DNA from: Glycera tridactyla
Lineage: Eukaryota
NCBI GenBank assembly: GCA_965644265.1
Contig: OZ286463.1
Coordinates: 51,398,001 to 51,462,000 of the forward strand
DNA length: 64,000 nucleotides
Reading direction: 5' to 3'
Below the pieces are notes generated by a model. The model saw only the letters and a list, made by a program, of their open reading frames with translations. It was not told where the DNA came from and searched no databases. The stretch's first letter is position 1. Each line of letters starts with the position of its first letter. Both the position numbers and the translations under genes were made by a program. Shown here piece by piece: positions 50,528-63,810 of this stretch.

Positions 50528-51488
50528 TTCCTCATGTTGACACAGACACCGACCTTCTTGATTTTCTCACTAGTGACTTAACATAGCCACTCAACCAAAA
50601 CTAAGATTTTTGTTTGCCTCTAAATATCTGCAAACCTGGTTTGGCAATAATAAGCCTATGTGAAATAGTCCAAAACAGCAATTGCCAACTTCAAAAGGGC
50701 CAAACATGGCAGGATGTTGGCAAATGCTGTTTCGTCACAATCAGAGCTGTGATGGTGGGTAATGTGACACTCCTTGAAATGATTACATCATTTCAATAGC
50801 CCTTCTGTCGAGTAGGTCAAAACCAAAATGGCAGCTTCCATGACCTGATTGTGGTGCAGCAGCTTGTAGCTGCCGGAAGGCATACTTTCAGAAAAATACA
50901 TTTTCTCCCCATGTAAATCTCCCTAATCTGTGGGAGATATTCACTACAATGGTGCAAAATGTTGAAAATGATAGGAATCAGGAATTAGGATGTCACACAG
51001 ATTTTGAAAGTCAAAGTGATGTCAAATTGATATAGTCAATAAAGTTCACACAAAATGAGAAAATATTTGGGACAGTTTTCAAATATGGTGCAACATCAAA
51101 TGTATCAAAGCAATACAAACATTGAAAACAAGAGAGCAAATGTGGAATGTATGTTAGTAGAAGCATCAAACTGATTTCAAACAGGGGAGAGTATCAGAAA
51201 GATTGAGAGGAGATATGCATTTCAGATTGACAAGTGTAACAGAGATCTAATGAGTTGAGTTAAGAGGCAGAGTAATAACACTAACAAACCTTCACAAAGC
51301 CAATCAGAATCAATTCATAGAAGTAATTATATATGATCATAGCCAACTGAAAATCTTCTACAGATGAACGCTTTCCTGATACACTGTCAAACTGGCCACA
51401 AGGCTGAGGAAACATGGGACTCAACTTGGCCCAACCTTAATTATCCACAAAATCCATAAATCTGTCCTATCTATCTTCTTATTCAATA

Positions 51489-51662
51489 CAGTAAAACCTG
51501 CAATGAGAGACCACCAATGAGACCACCTCCAAGGGGGAACCGCTCTTGCAGGGCAGCTTTTCTAATTGACATTGTCAGATATACCTCCGAAGAGAGACCA
51601 CCTGTCTTCAGAGACCACTTTTTGGTGACATTTGGGGCAGTCTTTTGTCACAGGTTTCACTG
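51489..51662. mobile_element. 174-bp TA-flanked MITE
   Basis: TA-CAGTAAAACCTG ... CAGGTTTCACTG-TA. Confidence 0.82.
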
Positions 51663-54315
51663 TACCAGCGCAAATGACAAATATATCTGACCTACAAAAT
51701 ATACATGTATATTATTCATGCAAAATTTCTTGAGCATCTGCCCACAATAATTCAAATCACTGGAGTAAAGATATCAGTAGGTTTTATTATAGTGATAGTT
51801 GTAGAGCAACAGTGACATGAAACACTGAGTGTCCCATGCAAATCTCCTATCAACGGTCATGTTTGGAGTGCTCATCATTTGCCCAGTATCTCCCAGGAGT
51901 CGTTATACCTCCGATAACAAACTAACATGGGATTCCTTACTCACCCTGATTGATAGGTTTTTCTAATTGAACATCTCATAAAGGGCATTTCCTTGCAACT
52001 CTTTTATTGTCTTTCATTTCCACAAATTGACTGCAAACTATCACCTTGCGTACAACCATCATGTTTGTCCCAGACTCTACCTCAAGTACTTCCATAAAAA
52101 ACCAAGTCACCCTTTACTCAGTATCTGGAAAAGCTCAATGTTTAAATTGGAGATGTCAATCAAGACTAGTGTTGGCAATCAGTTACTTTTTCAGAATCGA
52201 TGTAATCAGCTGGCCCGACTGATCAGTTATCTATTATAATCAGTTTGTGACATAGGTTTTCTCCCCTGCCACCACCACCAATTGTGTTTTTACTTCAGAA
52301 TGACATAGGCGAGGATGTACAGAAAGAGGCCTTGGAGGAAATTAGGTATATTTTTCGTGAAGGAAAGCTGGCAGCTTTTCGTCATCAAATCCATCACTTC
52401 CTTATCGCATAAGGCTTTATTTGCCATTGAAATATATATGCGCCAAGCATGTTTCTCTGTTCTGATTAAGGATGTAGCAGGGAGTTTTTCTGGTTTCCTG
52501 ACTGGCACCTATGGCATAAAACTAGTAGGTCACTTGCCCACCTTCCTAGATACCTCTATCACTGTCCTTCAAACAAATACTGCATTATTTTCTTGCCCAA
52601 ACATGTGCGAACACCAGATGGGAATTTTTTTCCAACATTGACCCTGGTGTGGGTTGGTGGCTGTGTGCTTGAGTAGATGATCGGGTGAATGATGGTTTCC
52701 TGATGATAACTCAAAAAGTTTGAGTTGCTTTGAGGTGAAATTTTGTGGTTAGGATTGCCTGAGGTCTGGCAAGAAACTTATGAATTTTGAGATGGTTATG
52801 TTGAATTTTTTCCATATTTCAGCTATTTTTCATTATTTTTGGTGAAATTCAACAAAATGTTCAATATTGGCTAGCGAAAAAACGAATTTGGTGACATGTA
52901 ATTATTTTTCACTGATTTTAATTGTCCAAAGATGAACTACAAAATGAATGAAGAAAATTGAATCCAGCAAATATTCCTGTATGGTATGTGGGGTGATTTG
53001 TGATCTTTCAGTGATTTTTTAATTGGTTTCCATGGATTATTTATCAAGAAAAACATTTTGTCCATGTGAGTTCCCCAATACATGTTGAATTAGGATACAA
53101 GACAAAATAAATAAGAGGTTTGATTCATCTGAATATAGTGTTCATGTGATATTTCTTGATGAAACTATATCCTGTTATTTTTTGCATTTTCTCAATATTT
53201 CGACAATTATATAGATAGCTACAGCTGAAAAGCGAGCCTGGTGACCCCAACTTTTTTTCAGGAAATCTGATCTATACCTCACAAGAAATAATCATATGAA
53301 ATTTCAAGGATGTGGCAATTTTAAAAAAAACTGCCTCATTCAACCTTAAATCGTTTACATTCCTGCAATCAATTATCTAGTTTGCAAACAAGATCGATCG
53401 ATAATCGTGACACCACTAATCAAGATGAAGCTTGATTTTCAAATATACGATTTCATTTTCTGAAACTATCCTGAAATAATCCGATGAATATCTGTTCTGA
53501 AACATACAGTAAGTTTTCAGCACTTTCTGAATTTGAATATTTCACCCAAATTTTCAAAATTCCGAGAAATTTTCGAAAATTTTCGAAAAAATTGACATTA
53601 CTATAGAATGGACTTCACACTGTGTCAAAGTGCTCAATCCTGTTGGCAAAATCTGCTAAAAAAAATCACGAATATATTTCAAGGACATTTGTTGACAACC
53701 TGCCTGATTTCAAACAAGTTTGGACAAGTGGTATTGTTGAACTACAAAAGATGCTTTGAAGCCAAAAATCAAATCCCATTTGATCATATAAGCTGCCTCT
53801 CAAATATGTCAAAGTTGGTCTGGCAAACACCTCTTCTCAACAGCCATAACAATCACTACCATACTGTCATGTAAATTCGTCAAAAATGGACGACCAACAA
53901 TAATGCGCCAACAACAAAAAAATATTCTTATTTGAGATACCGGGTACTTCGCAGTGATAGACCACTGTTATTCTCCGATGTTATTCTCCAGTGAATTAAA
54001 ATTCAAAATTGAGTGATGAACCGGAGCATTTGCATCTAGAAACAGATCCAGGGTTTCCTCTCTAGAATAGCATTTTAGCAATAGCTGATCAGTGAAGTCA
54101 CATGCTAAAGAAAAAATTTAATTCGCTAAAACAATTCGTTGAAGTAATTTTCATTTCTGGTGGCACAAAAGTGGTAGTGGTGGTTCATTGTGATGAACAT
54201 TTCCCTAATTTCATTCGTTTTGTTGATGAAAATGTGAAAAAAATGTATTTGACAAAAGAATGCCATTTATGTTTCACTCTGGTAAACTGATTCAATGAAA
54301 TGCAATCCGATTTCT

Positions 54316-55615
54316 AACAAGGCCACAGAGGGGCAAGATAACCCCACACATGGGAGCACAGTGGGCAACCCATATTGCATACGGGAGCACAGTGGATAGC
54401 CCATATCAGGGAAGGTCATTGAGATGTTTGGTCGGCTGTGTAATTAGTCACTGGATGACTGTGTAGAATGTGAAAATCTAACAGTAGCACCTGTAACCTT
54501 CACGTTGACCTATGACTTAGGGTCACATGCATTGTAAGGGAGATGTTGTAACATTACTTGATCATCCCAGATCAGTTTGATCTATATCCAACAATGCTAG
54601 CCTGAGTTATTGTGTGAGATGCGGAAATTTGAAAAAAGCTCCTGTGACCTTGACCTTTGACCCAGGGTGACATGCATCGAATGGGAGATATCTCACTATT
54701 GGGCCATTACTTTGTGGAACTTTGGTGCATATCGATCAGTGCAAGCTTGAGCTGGAGTATAAAATGAGTAAATCTATGAATAGCTACTGTGACCTTGAAC
54801 CTTGACCTAGGGTCACATGCATCGAAAGGGAGGTGGTCCAAGATTGCATCAAGAGAGAGGTGGCCTAATATGAGGCATTACTTTGTCAAAGATTGGTGCA
54901 TATCCATCTAAGCTAGCTTGGGTCAGAGTGTAAAATGAGAAAATCTATAAATAGCTCCTGTGACCTTGACCTTCAACCTCGGGTCACATGCATCAAAAGG
55001 CCCACCATTGGGTCATTACTTTGTGTGAGCAAGTTACATATCCATCAATGCTGGATAGAGTTATAGTGTAAAATAAGAAAATCTATAAATAGCTCCTGTG
55101 ACTTTGACCTTTGACCTGGGGTCACAAGCATCGAAAGAGAGGTTGCCTACCATTAGGTCATAACTTTGTGTGAGTTTGGTGCATATCCATAAAGGTTAGC
55201 TTGTTATAGAGTGTAAAATAGGAAAATCCATGAATAGCTCATGTGACCTTGACCTCCAACCTACAGTCACATGCATCTATAGGTAGGTGGCCCACCATTT
55301 AGGACTAATTGGGTTTTTACTTTGTGTGAGTTTCGTGCATATCCATGAAGGCTGGCTTTAGTTGGAGTGTAAAATAGGAAAATCTATAAATAGCTCCTGT
55401 GACCTTAACCTTTGACCTGGGGTCACATGCATCGAAAGGGAGGTGGCCCACCATTGGTTCATTACTTTCTGTAAGTTTGGTGCATATCCATCAAGGCTAG
55501 CTCGAGTTAGTGCGTAAAATGAGAAAATCTATAATTAGCTCCTGTGACCTAGGCTCACCTGCATTGAAAAGGAAGTTGGCTCACCATTGGATTATTACTT
55601 TGTGTGAGTTTGGTT
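54316..55615 (+). mobile_element. Second copy of the same ~145-bp-array HINE family, 3'-truncated
   Basis: Same repeat unit (anchors 54643, 54788, 54959, 55097, 55242, 55398, 55543). Begins AACAAG-GCC..GGC-AAGATAACCCCAC; no microsatellite or hairpin end. Confidence 0.72.
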
Positions 55616-57095
55616 CCAATCAAACCCTATATCCTAGGAGACTGCTCTGCATACACCTGTGTATATGTATGATTCTTGAGACAAAACATTGGTGAAACAA
55701 GGTAGTGGTCATGGTGCCAGTGCTGCAAACCGATTATAATTGATAATCGATTTGTTGGGCCAACCGATTATCCATTCTCAAAATGCAACCGATTGCCAAC
55801 ACTACTTCCAAGAGGGAACCCAGAGATCCTAACAAATGTCATATGATATGATGTATTGAGAAGTAATCTCCAGCCTGTGTGCACGCTATGCTTTTAGTGC
55901 CATGTGCATACAAAGCTATCTGTCTTGTAACAATGTATGTCTGTTCAATGTAAAATATATGAATGTGAATCTGGATCTGTACCTGAATCAGGGATTAATG
56001 ATGAACTGTACAATATGATCACTTGCTGACTGAATGTTGTCGAATCCAGCTTTTCAGAGAGTAGAAGTCATCATTTATTTCATAAATACAGGCAACTCTT
56101 CTGAAAGATACTTACAGTTGTCTAAATCAGCATACATCATTCCAATGTCACTAATGGGAAAGTGCTTTGTTGATGAAACCACTCAAAATTGTCAAGTGCT
56201 TCAATACCCCTGCCAAATACAAGATTTTGTGACCTAAAGTCAAGAAAACACACAAAAGTTTGACGACTAAAATTTTCATGGCTTCACTAAATGCAGGAAT
56301 TACATTGATGAAGTGGCAAATATCAGTTTCTTCATGGTTGTTTTTACTTCATAATACAATGATTCTCATTTAGTACTGAGATTGAGTTTTCAAGTCCACT
56401 CAACAGAATGGAAGCGAAATATGATGAAGGAACTTTCAAGAATAAAGAATACTCAAAAAGAAATTTAGCTAAGCTAGCCGTGACAGTTCAGGCCACATCA
56501 TGACAAACCTGAACTTGCACAAAATCAGGTACAATGGAGCAAAAGAAAGTGCCCAAAATCTTTAATAGTATTGAAGATAAATGTGAAAAAGCAAGAAATG
56601 GTTAAAAGGTTAAGAATGACTTGATGCTTCGATGGATAATTCTTCTCTCATAATGATTGGATAGCTGAATTTATCATGATGATAAATACATGCTTCTGGA
56701 ATATGGATACATTATATGATGGGAATTCTGTTTGAGGTAGCCCCTCATCCAGGGCCCCTTCAGAAGGACTTCTCTGTACATTTCATGAATTCCAATCACT
56801 GACACCATAGCTAAACAGCAAAACTCAACTCTGACCACAAGACTATGGACAGGTTCAAAGGCTCATAACTCTGGATGTGTGGATCACTCAGCAGAACAAT
56901 TGTGTCTTGCGTATCGGCACTTCATGGTGATGACAAATTTCATGTTTTGATCCAATAGCTTAAGAAATGTGGAAGTAGTTAGCTCCACAATCTTTTGGTG
57001 GACAGACAAGCCAACAGCAAACTCACTGACAGAGTGACCCTTCAAACTACATCTGTAGGGGCATATAAAAATGTGAATCTTGCAATGTGATGCTA

Positions 57096-57273
57096 CAGTC
57101 AAACTTGTCCTAAGCATGAAGTCGCAGGACATGAAAAATGTGTGTGCTTAGAGCAAGTTCATGCTTAGTACAGGTCAAATATAGTGAAAAATACTCTGAT
57201 GGGATGGACAGAATCCTGTTGCTTAGGACAAAATCTTGCTTAGTACAAGTCTTGCTTAGGACAAGTTCAACTG
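57096..57273. mobile_element. 178-bp TA-flanked MITE of a distinct (GCTTAG-subrepeat) family
   Basis: TA-CAGTCAAACTTGTCCTAAG ... CTTAGGACAAGTTCAACTG-TA. Confidence 0.82.
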
Positions 57274-59214
57274 TAGCTTCCAAATTTATAATTTCAAATT
57301 GTCCAGCTAGGGTATAAAATTTGGTTTGTTGAGGCTACAGCGCTCATCCTTCAACAATGCCATCTACAGTCTGACCTTCTATCTGAAAACTTCAAACAGG
57401 GAGATCACTGATGAAGACAAAATTTGCTTACTTTGGAATGATTGATGAAATGATTTTGACAACATTTCAACTCCGCCTAGGAATCGTGATCATGTGATGT
57501 TACATGTGATCAACAATCTTTCCAAAGTAAGCAGATTTCGTAATCTTCATGAATCGGCTTGGAACCAAGAACAATGCCATCTCTACAGGAAGATCATATA
57601 GAAAATATGATATAGAAAAATTCTAATAGGTACATTTTCTGATCATATGACGTCATATGCAAAATTGGGAGGAGTTTGCAGTTCATGAAAATCATAGCCT
57701 TTGTTCAACTCACACATGAATTACATCATTTGAATTGAGCCCAATATATTCAGAAACACAGATGTATAGTTCACCGTTATTATCTGTAAACAGGACAATG
57801 GTACAAAATGTTTTCCATACTCAAACTTCTATTCCACTCATCAGTGTTGTCCCTTGAGTGAAATCATTCATGGCAGATTAGGCTAAGAATTTCTTTGCAT
57901 CTATGTCCAGAGAGTGAATACTCAAACCTAAACAACGATTGGTTTGTTGCAGGTAAATGAAAACAATTTTGAGTTTCAAAGATTGTTTGAGGACTGATCA
58001 CATTGTTGCTTGAAACGGGCATTCCATACTCTCTATACAATTGATATTCCCATTTTCTGTCCCTTGGTTTGGGTCTCTAATGGAGACCGCTCCATGTTTG
58101 AGGATGTTTATGGGTTCAAAACCTACTGCCAAACAAGTGGAAACCAGAGATTTGTCATGGATGCGACTAAAAATACCCACAGCATTGCTTTGTGATTAAG
58201 AATGTATGCAATATGGCCAAGTGTAATTGACACAAACTTCGTTAATTTCCTTCCCTCAAACTTGTAATAGCCACCTGCTTTAAAATTGAAATCGATTTCA
58301 TCACCCTGACTTGAGGTACCAACTCAACCGGAACCCTTCAGGGGGATATGTCCGTGAATTCCAAGAAAGTCAATCACTGACACCTTAGCTAAACATCTGC
58401 CAACTCAACTAAACTAATCTATGACCATGTAGATGTTGCCAAGTTGAAGGGCTCATAGGAATGTGTGGATCGATTGGCATGAAATTGGGTCTTGCATGTC
58501 TACTCTTCATGAGGATGACATATTTCAAGTTTTAATTCGATATCTCAAGGGAAGAGAAGCAGTTTGCTCCACAAACATTTTGTGGATAGACCTACCAATG
58601 GCTGACCGACTGACCGACCAACCAACCAATGGACCAACCGACTGACCAACCAACCATCTAACCAACCGACCAACTAAATGACAGAGTGACTCCAATATAC
58701 CCCCAACTTCATTTGGGATTTTGGTGGCTGTATAAATATGTCTCTTGAGACATGGGCATCATTGCAGCTGATATATCTGTACTAATTTTGTAGCATTGCC
58801 CTATACTATTTGTTGGTAACACACTTGATACTATTTGTTGGTAACATACGTGAGTGCAAAGCTCTTCACAAAAGTAGCCAAGACCATATATGGAGAGATT
58901 AATACCTGTATGTGACAAATGGCTCCAAAACCTACCCTCTGACTACCATATTTCAAACGCAAGTGGCCAATTGGCCCCAAAATTTTGAAAAAGTTGTAAT
59001 TGAAACGGGAACTGACAATATATTGACTTGCTTCCAATATCTGGCAATGGCTCTGGAACAAATCAATTTAGGGGCCAGCTGGCTCCTACATCTTTTGACC
59101 AATGAAGGTGGACAACAATTTGTCTCCACAGCAGGAAAGCCTCTCACACATTCAGACCGTATCTTTATTTAGTGATCACTCCAATCTGCATGCCATCAAT
59201 TCCCATGAATAAAG

Positions 59215-59530
59215 TGAGATCTGCAACAAGACCCCTGATGAGACCACCTCTGATGGAAGACCACTTTCTCAACCCAGCTTGTCTATCCAAAACCTCTATA
59301 TGAAGATCTCTTTATGAAAACCACATCAAAAAGTGCCTTTATAGGCAGGTGGTCTGTATAGAGAGGTCATTCACTGTGGAAACACTACCAAGGTTACCAC
59401 TTAAGGTGTGGTCTTTATAGAGGTGGTCTTTAGAGCAGCTTTAACTGTAGTCGAATAGAGACCACCTCTTTTGAGCGACAAATATTTGGGTGACATTCAG
59501 GGTGGCCTCTTGTTGCAGATTTCACCATAC
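59215..59530. mobile_element. Nested decayed MITEs (AAAGACCACC family inside GAGAGACCACC family)
   Basis: An outer-family start and end (GAGACCACC ... GCAGATTTCACC) enclose an inner copy ending GCAGCTTTAACTG-TA near 59448. Confidence 0.55.
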
Positions 59531-59561
59531 TACATATGATGCAACACCAGATGACAACATG

Positions 59562-60170
59562 CTCATACAAGTTACACTAGAACTGAAATACGATTGATTA
59601 GTTATCAATTAGGTATCATGATTCCATGGAGCAATACTTGGTTTGATGTAGATCAACTTCTTTTGTTGTAATGCCTTAAACATCTACAAAAATTACATTT
59701 CAAGACCCTTGATACCTCAGGTGCAAATCTATTCAGCTGAACATTGAGAATAGGAATGGGGGAAATCATCAGAGGGGGTGCATCAGAAAGAGAGTATATA
59801 TATGATTAAAAAAAACGCCCCTTCCCACACTCTTGGATGATCTGCCATCTACATTTATACGTACAGCACTCATACAAGTTACACTAGAACTGAAATAAGA
59901 TTCATGAATTAGTTATCATGATTCCATGGAGCAATACTTGGTTTGATGTAGATCAACTTCTTTTGTTGTAATGCCTTAAATATCTACAAAAATTACATTT
60001 CAAGACCCTTGATACCTCAGGTACAAATCTATTCAGCTGAACATTGAGAATAGGAAGAGGGGGAAATCATCAGAGGGGGTGCATCAGAAAGAGAGTATAT
60101 ATATGATAAAAAAAACACCCCTTCCCACACTCTTGGATGATCTGCCATCTACATTTATACGTACAGCACT
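59562..60170. repeat. Tandem duplication, 2 x ~300 bp, near identical
   Basis: CTCATACAAGTTACACTAGAACTG starts at 59562 and 59869; both units end TACGTACAGCACT. Confidence 0.92.
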
Positions 60171-62299
60171 GTACGGAATCTGATTTCTACCATGTATTTT
60201 CCTCTACATCTGGTGAGCAGAATATTTGAATATAGGCTGGATGAGATGAGAAAATACTCATTCAAAGCTCCATATGTTGCTGCCTACCGGAATATATGAT
60301 ATTCTGGACAATCAGAATGCACTAAAAACAAACAAATCCTGTCTTGACGATGCAAATCATCAAGGAACCGAGATCATTATGCACACATGTGAGAGAGCAG
60401 ACACCATATGCCAAATTCCTAGCTATAAATTACGGGAAAATAAAAAGGAGATACAAGGGTTTTCCACCCATATATCAATCCTGATCAGATATCAGATATT
60501 TGCCCGCTTACATGTTTACCATCTCAGCCAAAATTATGTTCTTCTCCCTTCTTTTCTGAAATACTGACCCTCACATGGTCATGCTCAAACGCCAGGCATT
60601 TTTTGCACTGGGACTCACATTAGCCTTGGATCTCACTGATTGTTTCCTCCTCATTGGATCTGGGTATTCATTTTGTTTCCACACTGATGATTGGCTACAA
60701 CTTGTTGTAAAGTCTGTTGAGTCCAAATGTGATGGGTACGCCTTAGTATTGCAGATCTGCATTGGATTGTAATGAAACTCACTGACAGGCTTTGTTGATA
60801 ACTCCAGTGACTAGAAATGGGATCAAGATGTAGTTCACTTGTATAAATCACCCCAGCATGCCTAATATGTTGTTTCTTTCTAGTTCCATGGCGAATACTG
60901 TGGCCGTATCTCCATTGATTCACATACAACAGTTTGCAGATCATGACAGCAGATTCGCCTAATAAATACAATGAAATGAGGGCTCATTCACATCTTCACT
61001 AAGAGGGTGCTGTTTACATATCCCTTGCAAGATAGCTGTGCAGGAACTGTGATAAGTAGAGAGACTTCAGTTCAATATTTTTGTTGCAGCTGAAAGACAT
61101 GCTTTTTTAATTATGTTTGGCACATCTAACAGCAGAAGTATGAGAATGAAAAAAAAACTGCAACTCAGGTGATCAAGATTTGGCCGACATCCCTTCCCTA
61201 TTGATTTATCAGGGCATATTGGTGGATAACAACTGATTTCTGCCTTGATCTCTACCAATCAGTTTACACCAGTAACAAGAGATGGGGATATCCCGTGATT
61301 TTCTATAAACTGAGTACGATTTCAGTGTAAAAACCCACAAAAATATGAACTACAATCTGTTAGAAGTAATGATAATATAAATTCAACATGGATCCCAATG
61401 ACTGCATGCAAGGAGAACTCAAAATCAAACAAAATATTAGGTTAGAGTCTTTGGAAGAAGGGTCAAGGCCACTAGTGGAGTGCATTTCAGGATTGCGCCA
61501 TTTGCTTTCAATTTGACTGCACTTGTTTGTAAAAGCAAACATATAACAAATTTCACTCATATCTAAACCACAATTACATCAAACATCCAAAACATTTCAT
61601 CCATCAATCGATCAAAAATTCAAATTCATGAATTATTGACTGATTTGAGAGCCAAAACAAGCCAATTCCAACATGATTTTGCTTTGAATTTGATCTTCAG
61701 AAATAGGGTCGGGGATCATACATGATACGCCCGGGCAATATAATATGATGATACCATTCTTTGTGGAATTGAATACAAGCCAAAATGGCCATGAAAATAT
61801 AAAGCAAACAAGTGCAAGTGAAATTTTGCAAATGGGCCAGAGTTCTGTGAACACGCTTATGAATTTGAATAACTTACAGTGCTTTTCTGTAGGGGGTTGG
61901 AACAAAAATATCACATGTGATCAGGCAATGGAAGATCTTGTTGTATGAGAAGAACGCATTTGAAGTTGCAGCAGTATTTCAAATCAAATTTCAGAATAAG
62001 GAAAGCTGACAGCTTCAAAATGCAGAAATGAACGCAGATCTAAGATACAGCAAAAACCTAAAGCAATGGCAAATTCAGAAAAAATAAAAATAAAATATAT
62101 CATTATCAATGTTGTAATTATCGTCAATCATCATTATCATCACTGTCAGGTGTCACTCTCATCATCATTTTTGTTGTCATTGACATCATCGTTGTCGTTG
62201 TCATCATCATCTTTGTCTACGTTGTCATCTTCATCATTTCTCATATGGATATACAAATGAGTAACTAAAGGCAAGCAAATGCTGCTGGTCTGGATATTT

Positions 62300-62872
62300 G
62301 AGATTGCAAAAAGAAAACACTCTCATCTTGACCGATCAAGTCAGAACCACATCATACGGTTATAATGCCAAGCCATTGTAAGCTTTATCACATGCCATGA
62401 GCAAGTATCTATTGTTTGAGTGCCTACATCCAGCCATGTGATACAATGAGCAGTATCCAGAAGTTTGCACAGTATCCCCTACTTCTATATTCTTGCCTCA
62501 ATCGTCAAGTCCTATATCCCAGTATTGGGTCTACAGCATGGGAAGCAAGTTCATGTATATTATAACCTTTGGCTGCATAGACAACAAGCTGGCAACCAGA
62601 ACATTACAACCACCAGTGGATCATATTTCTTTTCTTAACAAGACATGATTTTGTCTTTAAAATCATCTTTCTATCGAGAAATAGCATGTGATAAATACAC
62701 CCACAGATTCATTGGGAAGTATTCTTCTTATTTGATTCCGCGGCTCGAACTTGAAAGGTACTGTCATCTGTCTCCTACAATCTTCCAGAATTGAATGAAC
62801 CAAATGATACAATACTTTCTTATGCAGTTTGCACAATAACCAGCTCAAGGTCCTCTGTATCATGCCAAACAT
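62300..62872 (-). pseudogene. Possible highly decayed LINE ORF2 C-terminal remnant
   Basis: FGMIQRTL..LYHLVHSILEDC resembles the LGFIRRNL..YKSLVRPILEYC region. A downstream KAYNGL resembles YKIxNGL. Frameshifted; judged by eye. Confidence 0.3.
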
Positions 62873-63409
62873 CGAAACTCAAAATGAGCAATCACAATAA
62901 ATGACAACAGAAAGAGGTACTTCTTCTGAGATTATCAAATATAAAAAGGCTTTCCCAGTGGTCTTTCCCAAAAATGAGGACGTTCCTCAGAGGACCTGCG
63001 CCCTAACCATGGGCCAAACCACCAACACAGGTCTTTCCCATTGGAGGGTCCCTCATCACATATTGTACTGAATAGGTATGGTAGGACTCGATCAGCGAGG
63101 CTCGGTCTCAGCTGTTGGGTGATAGCAACTAATGGAGTTTGGCTCTTTTATTCTGCATTAGAGAGAAGAGGCCCACACAGATAACCTTCACCTTCCAACC
63201 GCTCATGATTGAACTTGTGGCAAAGGAGAATCACCTCCGATGAAATCATTCACCTCAGAACATATGATGCTTCCTGGAAAAGAATGACATCCGCCGTGAA
63301 CTGATTCAAATATACCTCCAGACTGGAGCTATTAAGTTCATACTGTTCCTCAAGAATGTCTGGAAAGCAACATGGGTTGGGGGGAGGTTTTGGCAAAGCG
63401 GAGGTACTG

Positions 63410-63810
63410 GGGGAGAAGGAGGAAGAGGAGGAGGAGGAGGAGGAGGAGGAGGAGGAGGAGGAGGAGGAGGAGGAGGAGAAGCAATGGGAGGAGGAGGAGG
63501 GAAGGAGAAGGAGCAGGAGGAGCAGGAGGAGGAGAACAATCCAGTAGGAGAGAAGGGGGCATCAGAGGAGGGGGGAGGAGGAGGAGGAGGAGGAGGAGGA
63601 GGAGGAGGAAGACAAGAAGAACAATCCAGTGGGAGAGGAGGGGGCATTAGAGGAGGAAGGGGAGGAGGAGGAAGAGGAAGAGGAGAACAAAGCAGTGGCA
63701 AAAGGAGGAAGTGCGAGAGGAGCTGATAGAGATGCAGGAGGGAGAGGGAGGAGGACGAGGGAGTGGAAGAGGGGGGAAGCGGAGGAGGGGGAGCAGGAGA
63801 AGGATAACAA
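63410..63810. repeat. Purine-rich (GAG)n low-complexity tract
   Basis: Long GAG run at ~63419-63480 and continued G/A-only sequence with a duplicated GAACAATCCAGT block. Confidence 0.92.

Noticed and set aside
52030-52510. Possible LINE RT remnant (KYLRxSLGQTxW)
   Set aside because: Similarity is too short and degenerate to support without a search.
45858-56212. Strong donor-like sites (near 45858, 51944, 56116) as the missing C1a exons
   Set aside because: Upstream reading frames contain stops or lack any C1 cysteine/histidine pattern.
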